From IMG/VR virus record IMGVR_UViG_3300027896_005002, positions 1 through 64,000 of that record: a DNA stretch of 64,000 nucleotides; one strand, given 5' to 3'. Shown in pieces: positions 20,298-30,358 of this stretch; position 1 is the stretch's first letter, and each line of letters opens with the position of its first letter. The notes below the pieces were generated by a model. The model did no database searches. It was not told the origin of the DNA and saw only the letters and a list, made by a program, of their open reading frames with translations. The position numbers and the translations under genes were made by a program.

Positions 20298-20816
20298 TTA
20301 TATAATAGTATTGAATCCTAAGAATGGGTTAGTTGCTGACGGAGCTTTTGTTACATAACCAACGATCATTGAACCAGTATTTTCTGTAGTTAACAAACCG
20401 AAATTTGAAACATACAGAGGTAAACCAATAGAGTTTACCCATGCAACACCAAGTGCTCCACCGGCTTCTGTCACTGTTTCATAAATATCAGTCTCATATG
20501 ATCCAGGACCTGTCATAACAGTAACTTTTCCAGATGCAACTGCAGGTGTATTTTCAAAAGCCTGACCAGCAGCGTCATTAAGGAAAAAACCAATGACTTG
20601 CGGAATGTCACCTGATGCTGTATTATCAGCAGAAATATTTACAGTGTAGCTATCAACCATCATTGCAGCCATTCCTGCCATTGCTCCGGCAGGAGCATTA
20701 ACACTAATACGACCAAGTGGTCGCGTAGCTTGAGCTGCTGTATTCGGACGAGTGAAACCAGTAGCTGCAAGATTGTACAGCGTGTTTCTATTTCCAGGGT
20801 ATTTAATAATTAACAT
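20298..20816 (-). CDS. Capsid decoration/cement protein
   Basis: Directly upstream of the capsid gene; ASGKVTV...YETDIY...LYVS..GLLT...VGYVTKAPS pattern. Confidence 0.65.
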   Translation of the reverse strand: MLIIKYPGNRNTLYNLAATGFTRPNTAAQATRPLGRISVNAPAGAMAGMAAMMVDSYTVNISADNTASGDIPQVIGFFLNDAAGQAFENTPAVASGKVTVMTGPGSYETDIYETVTEAGGALGVAWVNSIGLPLYVSNFGLLTTENTGSMIVGYVTKAPSATNPFLGFNTII

Positions 20817-20848
20817 TTCATCCTCCTATAGTTTGTCTTAATAAAAAA

Positions 20849-22675
20849 TTATTCAGTCTTACGCCATAGACTTTCGAGTTCTTGAACCTGTGAATCGCCA
20901 GCCATATCATTATGTTCGATTCTATCAGAAGCAACTTTTGTATGACCTTCATTGGCAATTTTCTTAGTATCTTTTTTTCCAGCTTCTTTGTCAGTGTCAT
21001 CCGGTTCAATTTCACCAACGTCGTCTGCTTCATCTTCATCAATGTCACCAGCAACTGCAGCATTAATTTCCTCATCGGATGGCATTGCATCGTCTGCATC
21101 ACCTGCAGGTTCTTCACTTGCTTCTTTTGTATCTTCATCCAATAAAGAGGCCAAAGGATCATCATCTTTCGGAGCATCTATAACATCGTCAGTTTTCTTA
21201 GCATCTGAATCATCAGCATCTGTAGCGGCTTTAATTTCTGCTGTCATTTCTGGTTTAGCAGCGTCTTCTACTTTGCCAGTATCTACACTTGCAACAGCAG
21301 GTTCAGCTGTCTTGAAACTTTCCATTGACTCTATCGGTTTTGCATCATCATCGCATTTTTTACCATCATCACCACATTTTTTTGCATCGTCATCATCATC
21401 ACTTGTTTTCGCCATTGAAGCTTCAACTGTTGATGCAAGTTGTTCAGCTTCATCAGCTATTTCATCTTCTACATCAGCTTCATCAGTTTTGCCTTCAGCT
21501 TCAAGATCGTCAGCTTTCTTTCTGTGTTCAGCTGCAATCTTTTTATAAATGGAAGCAGCTGCTGCATATTTTTCATCGTCGTCATCTTCATCATCTTCTT
21601 CATCATCAGCAGTCTTAGTAGCTATTACGCTGTTTGCCATCTGTTCTGCTTCACCGGCAATTTCATTTTCAGTTACGGCAGCTTCTTTGTTTCCTGCAGT
21701 TTCAAGTTCTTCAGCTTTTTTCTTATGATCTGCTGCAATTTTCTTATAAATAGCTGCTGCAGCTTCAATTTCCATATCTTCATCAGAAAAATCATCATCA
21801 TCAAATTCATCTTCTTCATCAACATCATCAATTAATTCATTGTCACCATCACCAACATCATCAGGACTTTCATCACTTGCAATTTTCTTTCCTTGAGCAT
21901 CTACACCTTTTGGTTGATCTTTAATTTGAGCAGCAACATCAGTAGATGTTCCTTTATCAGCTTCAGCTTTGTACTGAGCATATTCATTAGCGACATTAAA
22001 GGCTTCTTTCGCAAGTGATTCACATCTTGCAGCTTTTGAATCTTCTTCATCAGCAGTATCTTCATCACCAGATACTTCAGCATCTTCAGCGGCTTGACGA
22101 TGTAATCTTGATTTTCTAGCAAATCTTCGGCCAGCAGTAGCAGCATCATCTTCAGAAGCATAAAGTTTAATGCCGGCAACTTTCTTTTCAAGTAATGCAA
22201 CTTCTTCTGTCGACATTGCCGTAATTTTCATTGCTTCCTTTTTAATCGTTTCAGCATCATTTGCAATCTTATTCTGACCAACTAATGTTTTTACAATTGC
22301 AAGTGCTCTGCGAGCTTTCTTTTCAACCATTGCTTCTTTTTCAAGCTTAGCAATCTTTTTCTTTAAATAAATATTCTCATCAGCGATAGAAGCTTCTTTT
22401 ACTGATTTACCTTTAGCATCAGTATTAACAGCTTTTAAAGCTACACTTTGTTCTTCGCCCTTTGTATCTACATCAGGTTCTGCACCTGGATTTGTCATCT
22501 GCTTAGCGCATTTTGCATTCAACTTTGTAACTAAACCAGCAGCAAATTCTTTTGCTGTCTTTGTCTGAAAAGTATCTGCCCCTGCACGAATAATTTTTGT
22601 CACGCTACCATTCTTTAATAGCTGAATTCGATCGCCAGAGGTATGCACCCTTGCGGTCCATAATTCATTACTCAT
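20849..22675 (-). CDS. Head scaffolding/core protein
   Basis: Highly acidic, Ala/Lys-rich helical protein between protease and capsid, with an internal repeat (AAAIYKKIAA.H.KKA..LE..G). Confidence 0.65.
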   Translation of the reverse strand: MSNELWTARVHTSGDRIQLLKNGSVTKIIRAGADTFQTKTAKEFAAGLVTKLNAKCAKQMTNPGAEPDVDTKGEEQSVALKAVNTDAKGKSVKEASIADENIYLKKKIAKLEKEAMVEKKARRALAIVKTLVGQNKIANDAETIKKEAMKITAMSTEEVALLEKKVAGIKLYASEDDAATAGRRFARKSRLHRQAAEDAEVSGDEDTADEEDSKAARCESLAKEAFNVANEYAQYKAEADKGTSTDVAAQIKDQPKGVDAQGKKIASDESPDDVGDGDNELIDDVDEEDEFDDDDFSDEDMEIEAAAAIYKKIAADHKKKAEELETAGNKEAAVTENEIAGEAEQMANSVIATKTADDEEDDEDDDDEKYAAAASIYKKIAAEHRKKADDLEAEGKTDEADVEDEIADEAEQLASTVEASMAKTSDDDDDAKKCGDDGKKCDDDAKPIESMESFKTAEPAVASVDTGKVEDAAKPEMTAEIKAATDADDSDAKKTDDVIDAPKDDDPLASLLDEDTKEASEEPAGDADDAMPSDEEINAAVAGDIDEDEADDVGEIEPDDTDKEAGKKDTKKIANEGHTKVASDRIEHNDMAGDSQVQELESLWRKTE

Positions 22676-22895
22676 TTAATCCTCCTTGGATTAATGTTAA
22701 CCCTTGCTGTTAAATTTCCAATCTTTGTTGTAAATCAAAGCATCAATGATTTATGTAATCAGAAGTAAAATTAAAACAATTGAAACTCTGGTTGAATCAC
22801 AATAACCGACATTAATCGAGTTACGATTTAATTTTATTAATTTTTAAGTAAAATAAGATGTGAAAAAATATAAGATTTGATCAAATAAGTAGTGA

Positions 22896-24581
22896 CTACC
22901 ACATTGTAGCATCAACGTCAATATTTATATTGTCATCTTTTATAGATGCTTGAAATTTAAATAAAGTATTGTTAAGTTTCGTATTTATACAAAAAGATTT
23001 ATCATATTTTCTGCTTGCTTGTTTGGGCTTAATACACATAATATCATGTTGCACATTATCAATATGATTTTCATATTTATCTAAAAGTTGTGCTTGCTTT
23101 TCATTCCAATTAGCTGATTTAAATTGATAATATCGTCCATTCCACTTTCCAGAAAAAGCAACTAATTTATTTACACTAGCCCACTTAATTTTACCTTCAG
23201 TAAACATAGATTTTGGCAATTTTTCTTTTGTTCCTAATTTACTTCCTTCAATCCATCTAACTTCAATACCATCATCATCCTTTTTTAACACTTGGAATTT
23301 ATCATCTGTATCAACAATAGTGCCTTGACGTTCAATAGATATATCATCATCAGTATATTTTTTTGCACATTTTTTCAATTGATCTTTATAATCCTGAATT
23401 GAAAACTTAGATATATTTTCGACTGGAATATTTTTAATCATGCCAACTCTTGGAAAATAAATAGCACAAGTATCAGCAACTTTTGCAATTAATCTACCTA
23501 CAGTTTTTTCTGATAAAAAATTAAATAAATCAGAAGCTTTCCTATCACTTGATGGAATATCATATCTACTATTTAATATTACTAATGATCCATAATCTTC
23601 GCATTTTGCAGTTTTCTTTTTCCCTTTTCCAGCATCAATTACAGATTCTTCTTGTTGTTCATCAAATTTCTCTAATACATTATGAGGATCAGTATAAGGA
23701 ATATCTGCATGAACATCTTCCGGTATGTAATCAACATTTTGTTCTTTTTCCGATGGATGCATAGCAGCAATTTTTGCAACTTCATTTTGAAAATCCATAG
23801 AATTTATACTCCTACATAAAATATTAGACAATAATTGCATTGAAACCTTATCTGATGCTACTAATTTTCTAAAAACAGCACCTGCAAAAGCAGGATTTGC
23901 AACAATTGAACAATCATAAAATGTATTTTTATAACATAATTCGCATGCTTTTCTATATTTACCATCAGCACACTTATATACCTGATTCTTATTTTTAATA
24001 TGTATGCAATATTCTTTTTCATCGTGTGCTACATTACCACATATAGAACATACAGTATATTTTGTCGTACATCCCATTGAAACTGCATTTGCCAAACCTG
24101 TTTCAATATTATGTACTAAATCTTCATGTCTTTTGTCAACGCAAAATAGTAGATCAATTAATACAGTATCTCCCATATCACGCGGTACAGCGTCTAAAAC
24201 TTTTCCTTTTGCGCGTTCAGGGTTTTGATCATGTTCAACATATACTGTACCATTAGTTATAAATGTCTGATAATCATTTAATAATTCATCTTTAGTCCAC
24301 GCATCACCATTTGTATTAATATATTTTTCAGTATCTTTTGTAATGTAATAATCTGAATTTGGCTCAAGATTAACAGAAGCCATGATTGTAGTATGTATAT
24401 ATATATAATTATCAGGATCAATTTGACATACTACTCTTTGATCATCAGTCGGTTCTAAATTTTTATGTATAACAATACCTTCAGCTGTCGACACTTTATT
24501 TTTTACATCGGTCCACTCTGATGCAGACTTAATGAAATTATTCGACACTATTGAAAAAATGGCACCGTGTTTAATAAACAT
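22896..24581 (-). CDS. Prohead maturation protease (herpes/HK97-type fold with Zn-finger insert)
   Basis: NTNGDAW, VYVEHDQ..AKGKVLDA, AVSMGC...CSICGN...CIH, DCSIVANPAF; located between portal and scaffold. Confidence 0.75.
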   Translation of the reverse strand: MFIKHGAIFSIVSNNFIKSASEWTDVKNKVSTAEGIVIHKNLEPTDDQRVVCQIDPDNYIYIHTTIMASVNLEPNSDYYITKDTEKYINTNGDAWTKDELLNDYQTFITNGTVYVEHDQNPERAKGKVLDAVPRDMGDTVLIDLLFCVDKRHEDLVHNIETGLANAVSMGCTTKYTVCSICGNVAHDEKEYCIHIKNKNQVYKCADGKYRKACELCYKNTFYDCSIVANPAFAGAVFRKLVASDKVSMQLLSNILCRSINSMDFQNEVAKIAAMHPSEKEQNVDYIPEDVHADIPYTDPHNVLEKFDEQQEESVIDAGKGKKKTAKCEDYGSLVILNSRYDIPSSDRKASDLFNFLSEKTVGRLIAKVADTCAIYFPRVGMIKNIPVENISKFSIQDYKDQLKKCAKKYTDDDISIERQGTIVDTDDKFQVLKKDDDGIEVRWIEGSKLGTKEKLPKSMFTEGKIKWASVNKLVAFSGKWNGRYYQFKSANWNEKQAQLLDKYENHIDNVQHDIMCIKPKQASRKYDKSFCINTKLNNTLFKFQASIKDDNINIDVDATMW

Positions 24582-24629
24582 CTTGTCTCCTATTAATCAA
24601 TTTTAGATTATCAATTAATAAAAGTAAAA

Positions 24630-25037
24630 TCAATCAACTGTAAAATTTTCAATTAAATCTTTTAAGGAAGTATATACATGTTTGCATATTAGATATTTGC
24701 CTGTAGGATCACGTACGACTGGTCGGCTCAAATCAGAAAATGTTCTTTCACTATATCCTTGATCAACAGCATTAAAATCAGGACCATTCCATTTCCAAAA
24801 CCTGCATGAACAACTAGCCAAAACATGTCTATTTTTTATTTTTCTTAACATGGATGGTTTAGTTAATTGTTGTGGCATATTAATTATAGTTATTCTAACA
24901 ACTTTTCCATTGACTTTATAAACCCAACGATTTCCACTGTGACGCACAAGTATTGGCTCATGCTCAGTCGCACGATTAATTATTTCAACAGGAGTATTTG
25001 ATAGTAAATAAGAAATTGTTACAGATTCTTTTTTCAT
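24630..25037 (-). CDS. SWIM zinc-finger protein
   Basis: SCSCRFW...ICKHV. Confidence 0.65.
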   Translation of the reverse strand: MKKESVTISYLLSNTPVEIINRATEHEPILVRHSGNRWVYKVNGKVVRITIINMPQQLTKPSMLRKIKNRHVLASCSCRFWKWNGPDFNAVDQGYSERTFSDLSRPVVRDPTGKYLICKHVYTSLKDLIENFTVD

Positions 25038-27619
25038 ATTGTCAATGACCTAATATCTGTTATAATGGCATCTATTGTATCTCTAAATGCTTTTCTAATA
25101 TTAGATTCATTTCTCTGAAATACTTCAATAGACTTGCTTACAACATTTTTTGGATCTAATTTTTGTGCAACTTTTCTATTTGCTGTCGACATTAATTCAA
25201 TTTTCTGAATTAATGTCTGTGCTTTTTTAGCAATATCATCACTAAATGTTCCTTTAACACTTTGTGTTGCACTAAAAATTGAATCGGTAGGACAAACTAA
25301 ACAGTGATACACTGAAGCATAAATTTGTTTCACTCTTTTTTCTATATTTTCATTTAATAAAGAATTCGCAACTTTGTTAGTTAATCCATAATAAGCTGTA
25401 GTAATTTCATTTTCAGCTGCACTCATTAATTTTCTGGAATGTTCATCAATACCAATTTTCATTAATTGTTTTGATCTATCAGATAATTCTGTTGATACTT
25501 TTTTCTGATTATCAACCAATTCTTTTACTTTTTGAGGTGATTGAAACGGCATATTATCATAACCAACAGAAATTTCCGATACCGGTTTTAAATCAACCTT
25601 TATCTCATCCTCTTTTTCTTCACTAATTGCTTGTTTTAATCTACTATCATCAAATTGTCTATCTAACATATTATCTGCAATAAACATTTTTGGTACTTTT
25701 TTATTCTGCAAATCTTTCCGCGGTGGTTTTAATTTCTTTCCAGTATCTTTTACTTCATATTTTTCTTTAGATTCCTCAACTTTTTTATTTGAATGATTTA
25801 ACTGTCGATTATGGCGACGTTGTTCTCTACTTTCAGCAGTTTTTATTTGTTCAGGTAACTGTTGATCTGGTGTTTTTGCCTGTTTTGGTACTTCATATTC
25901 AACGATTTCAATTTTTGGTTTTATTATTAATGATCCATCATCACCATAATCAATATCAAAATTCTTTGCAAATTTAGTAATAGGAACTTTACTAGACCCA
26001 AACATTCCAAAACCACCACCACCTTGATCTTCAAGTTCAATACCATAAGCGTCTGCATAAACTTTTGCAACACCAGGCCCTAAAGATCGACCAACTTCCA
26101 TCATTATTGACCGTCTTAATTCATTATACGTTGGATCTAAAACTGTATCTTCATTTGCTTTTAATCTTTCAGCAATTGATTCTTGATTTAATCCCATATG
26201 TTCTAACCACGTTCCAACATCAACTTTGCCTTCAGTTACTGCTTGTGCAAGCATTTGTTTATGTTGAGTATCATCTGTTAGATTTAATTTGTTCCATCTA
26301 ACCTTGGGATATAATAAAACTTCTTTAGGATCATTTTTAGAAGTTCCAGGAGCATATTCAATAAAATCATTATTTCTAGCTATTGGTATAAATAAATTTC
26401 GTTCAATAAATGATTCTAATACTTCTCTAAATATTGCATACCTTTGATTCAAAACTTCAAGTACAGTTTGTCCACCTGCAAATCTACCTTCACCAAGTAA
26501 AACATTTTTATTAATCATTAAACCAACTAATAAATCTTCAGTCACCCATTCTCGTTCTGTCGCTAATTGCATTAGTCCACTACTAGTTCCAACAAGTTCC
26601 CAATGTAACTCATAATTAGTAATAATTGCAGAGTCTGGATTCAACATTGCATCTTCAACTTGTTCTCTAATTTCATTTACATCTGCTCTACTAGCATAAT
26701 CTGCCCAAATTAAATGCTTTGGCGTCAAATGTCTTGTAGCAATGGCATCTTGTGACTGTCTTAATCTATCCTTATAAACTAATGTTTTGAAATTTCTCTC
26801 AATAATTGATGTTCCCCAATCAATATAATCTGCTAATTTTCTTGCCAAATGTGAAACATGAGATCCTTCACTAGGATCTGTTGACAATGGTATTTCTTTA
26901 CCAACATTTACTTTTTCAATGACATCTTCTGATAATGTTCTATATAAAGCACCTGTTTTTTCATCACTTTCTCCAGCATGTACAATATGTCTTAATTTAT
27001 CATCAGGTACCAAACTAACAGTCATTGAATTTGTCAATCCCAATTTTTCAAGATGAATATAATCAGGATTTAAACATGTTAATCTATCCCATTTTGAACC
27101 TGAAGGATTCATTTGTGCCCATGGAAATACATTACCTACTTTATAATACTCAACACCAAACATTAATAATTTGTTAAATAAGTCAATCCCAGTATTGCCA
27201 ATCATATCAACATAATGTTCTAATACTCTATTAGCTTTCTTTTTATTAACTGATGTTGGAAGATCTAATCTAATTTTAGATAATGGTAGTTCTGAATGCA
27301 TATCAACAGCAGTTGACACTAATGCATCATATTTATAAAAATAGTTGCACCAGCTATTGATTTCAATCCTATCCTTTGGAAGCATCAATGATGATGGTTC
27401 AAAATCAGGATGATAGAATGTAGGTATTGATTGTCTTATATCTGCAGCGGCAGTTTTAGCAAAATGATTTACAATTTTTATTGCCTTATTATTGTGTTTT
27501 CTAACAGGTCCTCTATATATTTCTGACTGCAATGATGGCTGAGGCTCTTTAATTGCACTATTCTTAATAGCTGCAGATTTAACAAATTTTATTTTTGGTA
27601 TTTTTGTCATTATGAACAC
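25034..27619 (-). CDS. Portal protein with long C-terminal extension
   Basis: LVSTAVDMHSELPLS, EYYKVGNVFP, LNPDYI, WGTSIIERNFKTL, PKVRWNKLNL; located between terminase and protease. Confidence 0.75.
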   Translation of the reverse strand: MFIMTKIPKIKFVKSAAIKNSAIKEPQPSLQSEIYRGPVRKHNNKAIKIVNHFAKTAAADIRQSIPTFYHPDFEPSSLMLPKDRIEINSWCNYFYKYDALVSTAVDMHSELPLSKIRLDLPTSVNKKKANRVLEHYVDMIGNTGIDLFNKLLMFGVEYYKVGNVFPWAQMNPSGSKWDRLTCLNPDYIHLEKLGLTNSMTVSLVPDDKLRHIVHAGESDEKTGALYRTLSEDVIEKVNVGKEIPLSTDPSEGSHVSHLARKLADYIDWGTSIIERNFKTLVYKDRLRQSQDAIATRHLTPKHLIWADYASRADVNEIREQVEDAMLNPDSAIITNYELHWELVGTSSGLMQLATEREWVTEDLLVGLMINKNVLLGEGRFAGGQTVLEVLNQRYAIFREVLESFIERNLFIPIARNNDFIEYAPGTSKNDPKEVLLYPKVRWNKLNLTDDTQHKQMLAQAVTEGKVDVGTWLEHMGLNQESIAERLKANEDTVLDPTYNELRRSIMMEVGRSLGPGVAKVYADAYGIELEDQGGGGFGMFGSSKVPITKFAKNFDIDYGDDGSLIIKPKIEIVEYEVPKQAKTPDQQLPEQIKTAESREQRRHNRQLNHSNKKVEESKEKYEVKDTGKKLKPPRKDLQNKKVPKMFIADNMLDRQFDDSRLKQAISEEKEDEIKVDLKPVSEISVGYDNMPFQSPQKVKELVDNQKKVSTELSDRSKQLMKIGIDEHSRKLMSAAENEITTAYYGLTNKVANSLLNENIEKRVKQIYASVYHCLVCPTDSIFSATQSVKGTFSDDIAKKAQTLIQKIELMSTANRKVAQKLDPKNVVSKSIEVFQRNESNIRKAFRDTIDAIITDIRSLTI

Positions 27620-27645
27620 CTTCCTGAACTATAGTATTTCATAAA

Positions 27646-28152
27646 TTATACTGCCCCGCCAGTATCAACAGTCGTGTTCAAATCTACTATCTTGTTAAGA
27701 CCCATTTGGTCATTCAATTGTTCAAGTTGATTTACCAATTTTTCTTGTAAACCAGTTTTTTTATCATCTACATTCTTTTCAATATCTTTTAGCTTTTTCA
27801 TTATACCACTCATATCAGCATTTTCAGTGTCTTCTTCAGCATCTTCACCTTTATCTTCATCTTTAGATTTACCTTTTTTATCAGCTACAGGCGACTTTGC
27901 CTCATCCTTTTTTTCAGGTTTTGCATCATTTTTTTCATCCTTTTTTGGACTAGCAGAATCTTCTTCTCCACCTGAAGATCCTTCCAATGTCTGTAATTCT
28001 TTTTCTATAGCATCTAATTCTTCAGGAGTTTTTGCATCCTCAATTTTTTTCTCAAGCTCTTTTATTTTTTCATCTTGTGCGCGCTTTGAGATTGCTGAGC
28101 TTTCTTTTGTTATCAAATCTTCCAGCCACGGTGGCATTTGGTTCCCTAACAT
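27646..28152 (-). CDS. Charged low-complexity hypothetical protein
   Basis: ORF with GAGGAG RBS. Confidence 0.6.
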   Translation of the reverse strand: MLGNQMPPWLEDLITKESSAISKRAQDEKIKELEKKIEDAKTPEELDAIEKELQTLEGSSGGEEDSASPKKDEKNDAKPEKKDEAKSPVADKKGKSKDEDKGEDAEEDTENADMSGIMKKLKDIEKNVDDKKTGLQEKLVNQLEQLNDQMGLNKIVDLNTTVDTGGAV

Positions 28153-28450
28153 TTTGTTTCTCCTCTCTCATCTTTTTTATTGAAATTAATTGATAAATTT
28201 GCAAGCTACAATCTACATCTAAGTATTCTAATTCTTTTTGCAAACTATCAATAGATTGCACAATATTTGCAACTTCATTTTTAATTTTGTTTTTCCTATG
28301 TAACAACTTATTGGGTATTGAATCAACAAATGTCATGTTAGATTCAAGATCCCTATAAAATTCAACAGCAGATTGCTTTATATTATCAGCTATATCACTG
28401 GATTTTCGTCTACAAGCTTGATAATTTTTTACTTCTTCATCAATATTCAT
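28070..28450 (-). CDS. Hypothetical protein
   Basis: ATGA overlap with the terminase stop. Confidence 0.5.
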   Translation of the reverse strand: MNIDEEVKNYQACRRKSSDIADNIKQSAVEFYRDLESNMTFVDSIPNKLLHRKNKIKNEVANIVQSIDSLQKELEYLDVDCSLQIYQLISIKKMREEKQNVREPNATVAGRFDNKRKLSNLKARTR

Positions 28451-30357
28451 ATTATTCTTTGTCTCGTTCTCATTATGCCAAGTTGCCTAGCATAAATCAA
28501 TTTATCAAAATCTGATCTACCTTTACGTCCAAGATTGACATTAGCCATGCCAATTTCAGCAGATCTTGAAACAACAGATGTAGAAATAATTTTTGCTGCA
28601 GATGCATCAGATTCATCATCCATTGCTATAGCAACAACATTAGCTAAAACGTCAGCTAAGTCATCAGTTACTACATCGCCAGACTTAGGCGCTTCAACAA
28701 CAAATTCTTTTTTTCCAACTTTTTTCTCTTGTAAATAAATTAGTTCGTCAATTCCATCTTTATTATATAAGAGTGATATCTTCCTATCATATATTATAGA
28801 CCGTAAATTTTTATAAATTTTCATATTATATTGTCTTGAAAAATGCGTTTTTGTAGCATCAATTCCAGCCTTTACAAATTTTTGAATTGACGCAGCAGAT
28901 TCAAATTGGTCATATACTATTTTAGCAACTCTAAAATTTCTAGTTAAATCTAATACATAATTATCAATGAATTCAATATCAATAAAATCAAACTCTGAAA
29001 ATTCAGGATCATCTACATGCCATCGTTTCCACTTATCAACTATTGCAATTAATCTACCCAAAGAATCTTTCTCACAGTGAACCATTGCTAATGCATAACC
29101 ATTATTATTTGTTGCTGGGTCCAGTGCAATATAATGTTTATATCTACCTGTCTGTCTGTCTGTCTCAGGTCTATAAACTGGAATTTTCTTTAATTGACCT
29201 TCATCGTCATATTGTTCATCATATCTAATAACACTAACACACTCTCGTATTTTTTCAGGAAATTTAAAAAACCCTGATACTGTCGTTGAAAATTGTGCTC
29301 CAAATTCAGTCCAATATGAATCAGGATTCTTTTTATACCGATTTTGTAACCATTCAAAAGTAATTGATACATTCATTTCCCATGTCGGCATCTGCAACAT
29401 TCGAGTATCTTGATCTTCAAATGACTTAGTATAAATATCATAAAATACACCACTTTTTGTATTTGGGCTTGAAATGTCAATAATCTTACTATCTTTACCA
29501 AAAGTTGCTCCCGATGGTGTCAAACTTTCATAAACTTTTTTACCACCTCTATTGCCTTCATTATCAACAAAATGTGCTAACTCATCAAATAAAGCAACAA
29601 TAACTGATCCACCTCTTGAACCTCTAGCAGAACATAATAATGATTCAATTTTAATTGATGCTCGTTTTTTTAATGGCTTACCGTATCTCTTTTCCTCTTC
29701 TTTCATTTTTTTAATATCATGTTTTGTTTTTAAATTTATTTCTTCATTATTGAAACTAGCAATATACGGTAAAAACCACTCACAATTAAATATTCTATTT
29801 TGAATTTGTGTAGAAAGTTCTAATGCTTGATCACCTGATGAAGCAACATTAACAATTTTAATTTTTTCATCTTCAGCCATTTTATAATAAGCCTGTGGAT
29901 TATCTTTTATAATTAATTTGTATGACTCATAAGTTGATATAATAGAAGCAATAAAAGTTTTTCCACCTCGTCTGCCACAAGCTAATAATAGTTCTGATGA
30001 TGCAAAAATTTCATCAATTGATGTAGATTCTATATTAATTCTCTTTTGATTTATCAGATACTGCGCATATTCTTTTTCAGTAAATAATTTACCTTCTTCA
30101 TCGTAAGGAAATGATCTTATTAAAATATCTCGTTTTGTATCATTAAATGGTAAATGATAAAAAACTTTTAAAATAAATCGTTGTGCCGGTTGTAAAGTTT
30201 TAATATTTAAATAAAATGGCGATTCAATAAATGTTAGAATATCAACCTCAACATCTTCATCTACTAAATTATCACAGTACTCATTAAAGATATCTTCAAA
30301 TGAAGATACTTGTTGATTTTCTTCAACTTCAACTAATTTTTGTGAAACTTTTGGCAT
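28447..30357 (-). CDS. terL: Terminase large subunit
   Basis: Walker A CGRRGGKT, Walker B ALFDELAHF, ISSP coupling motif, RNase H-like YIALDPA and DDLADV. Confidence 0.92.
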   Translation of the reverse strand: MPKVSQKLVEVEENQQVSSFEDIFNEYCDNLVDEDVEVDILTFIESPFYLNIKTLQPAQRFILKVFYHLPFNDTKRDILIRSFPYDEEGKLFTEKEYAQYLINQKRINIESTSIDEIFASSELLLACGRRGGKTFIASIISTYESYKLIIKDNPQAYYKMAEDEKIKIVNVASSGDQALELSTQIQNRIFNCEWFLPYIASFNNEEINLKTKHDIKKMKEEEKRYGKPLKKRASIKIESLLCSARGSRGGSVIVALFDELAHFVDNEGNRGGKKVYESLTPSGATFGKDSKIIDISSPNTKSGVFYDIYTKSFEDQDTRMLQMPTWEMNVSITFEWLQNRYKKNPDSYWTEFGAQFSTTVSGFFKFPEKIRECVSVIRYDEQYDDEGQLKKIPVYRPETDRQTGRYKHYIALDPATNNNGYALAMVHCEKDSLGRLIAIVDKWKRWHVDDPEFSEFDFIDIEFIDNYVLDLTRNFRVAKIVYDQFESAASIQKFVKAGIDATKTHFSRQYNMKIYKNLRSIIYDRKISLLYNKDGIDELIYLQEKKVGKKEFVVEAPKSGDVVTDDLADVLANVVAIAMDDESDASAAKIISTSVVSRSAEIGMANVNLGRKGRSDFDKLIYARQLGIMRTRQRII

Positions 30358-30358
30358 A

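Noticed and set aside
20818-22200. Overlapping ORFs antisense or out of frame to the scaffold gene
   Set aside because: Products of low-complexity GAT/GAA/GCT codon runs, with no RBS or domain signal.
7560-22860. Recurring TTAATAAAA / TTTTATATTGTA words in minus-strand intergenic regions as late promoters
   Set aside because: Not distinguishable from background at this AT content without a statistical motif search.
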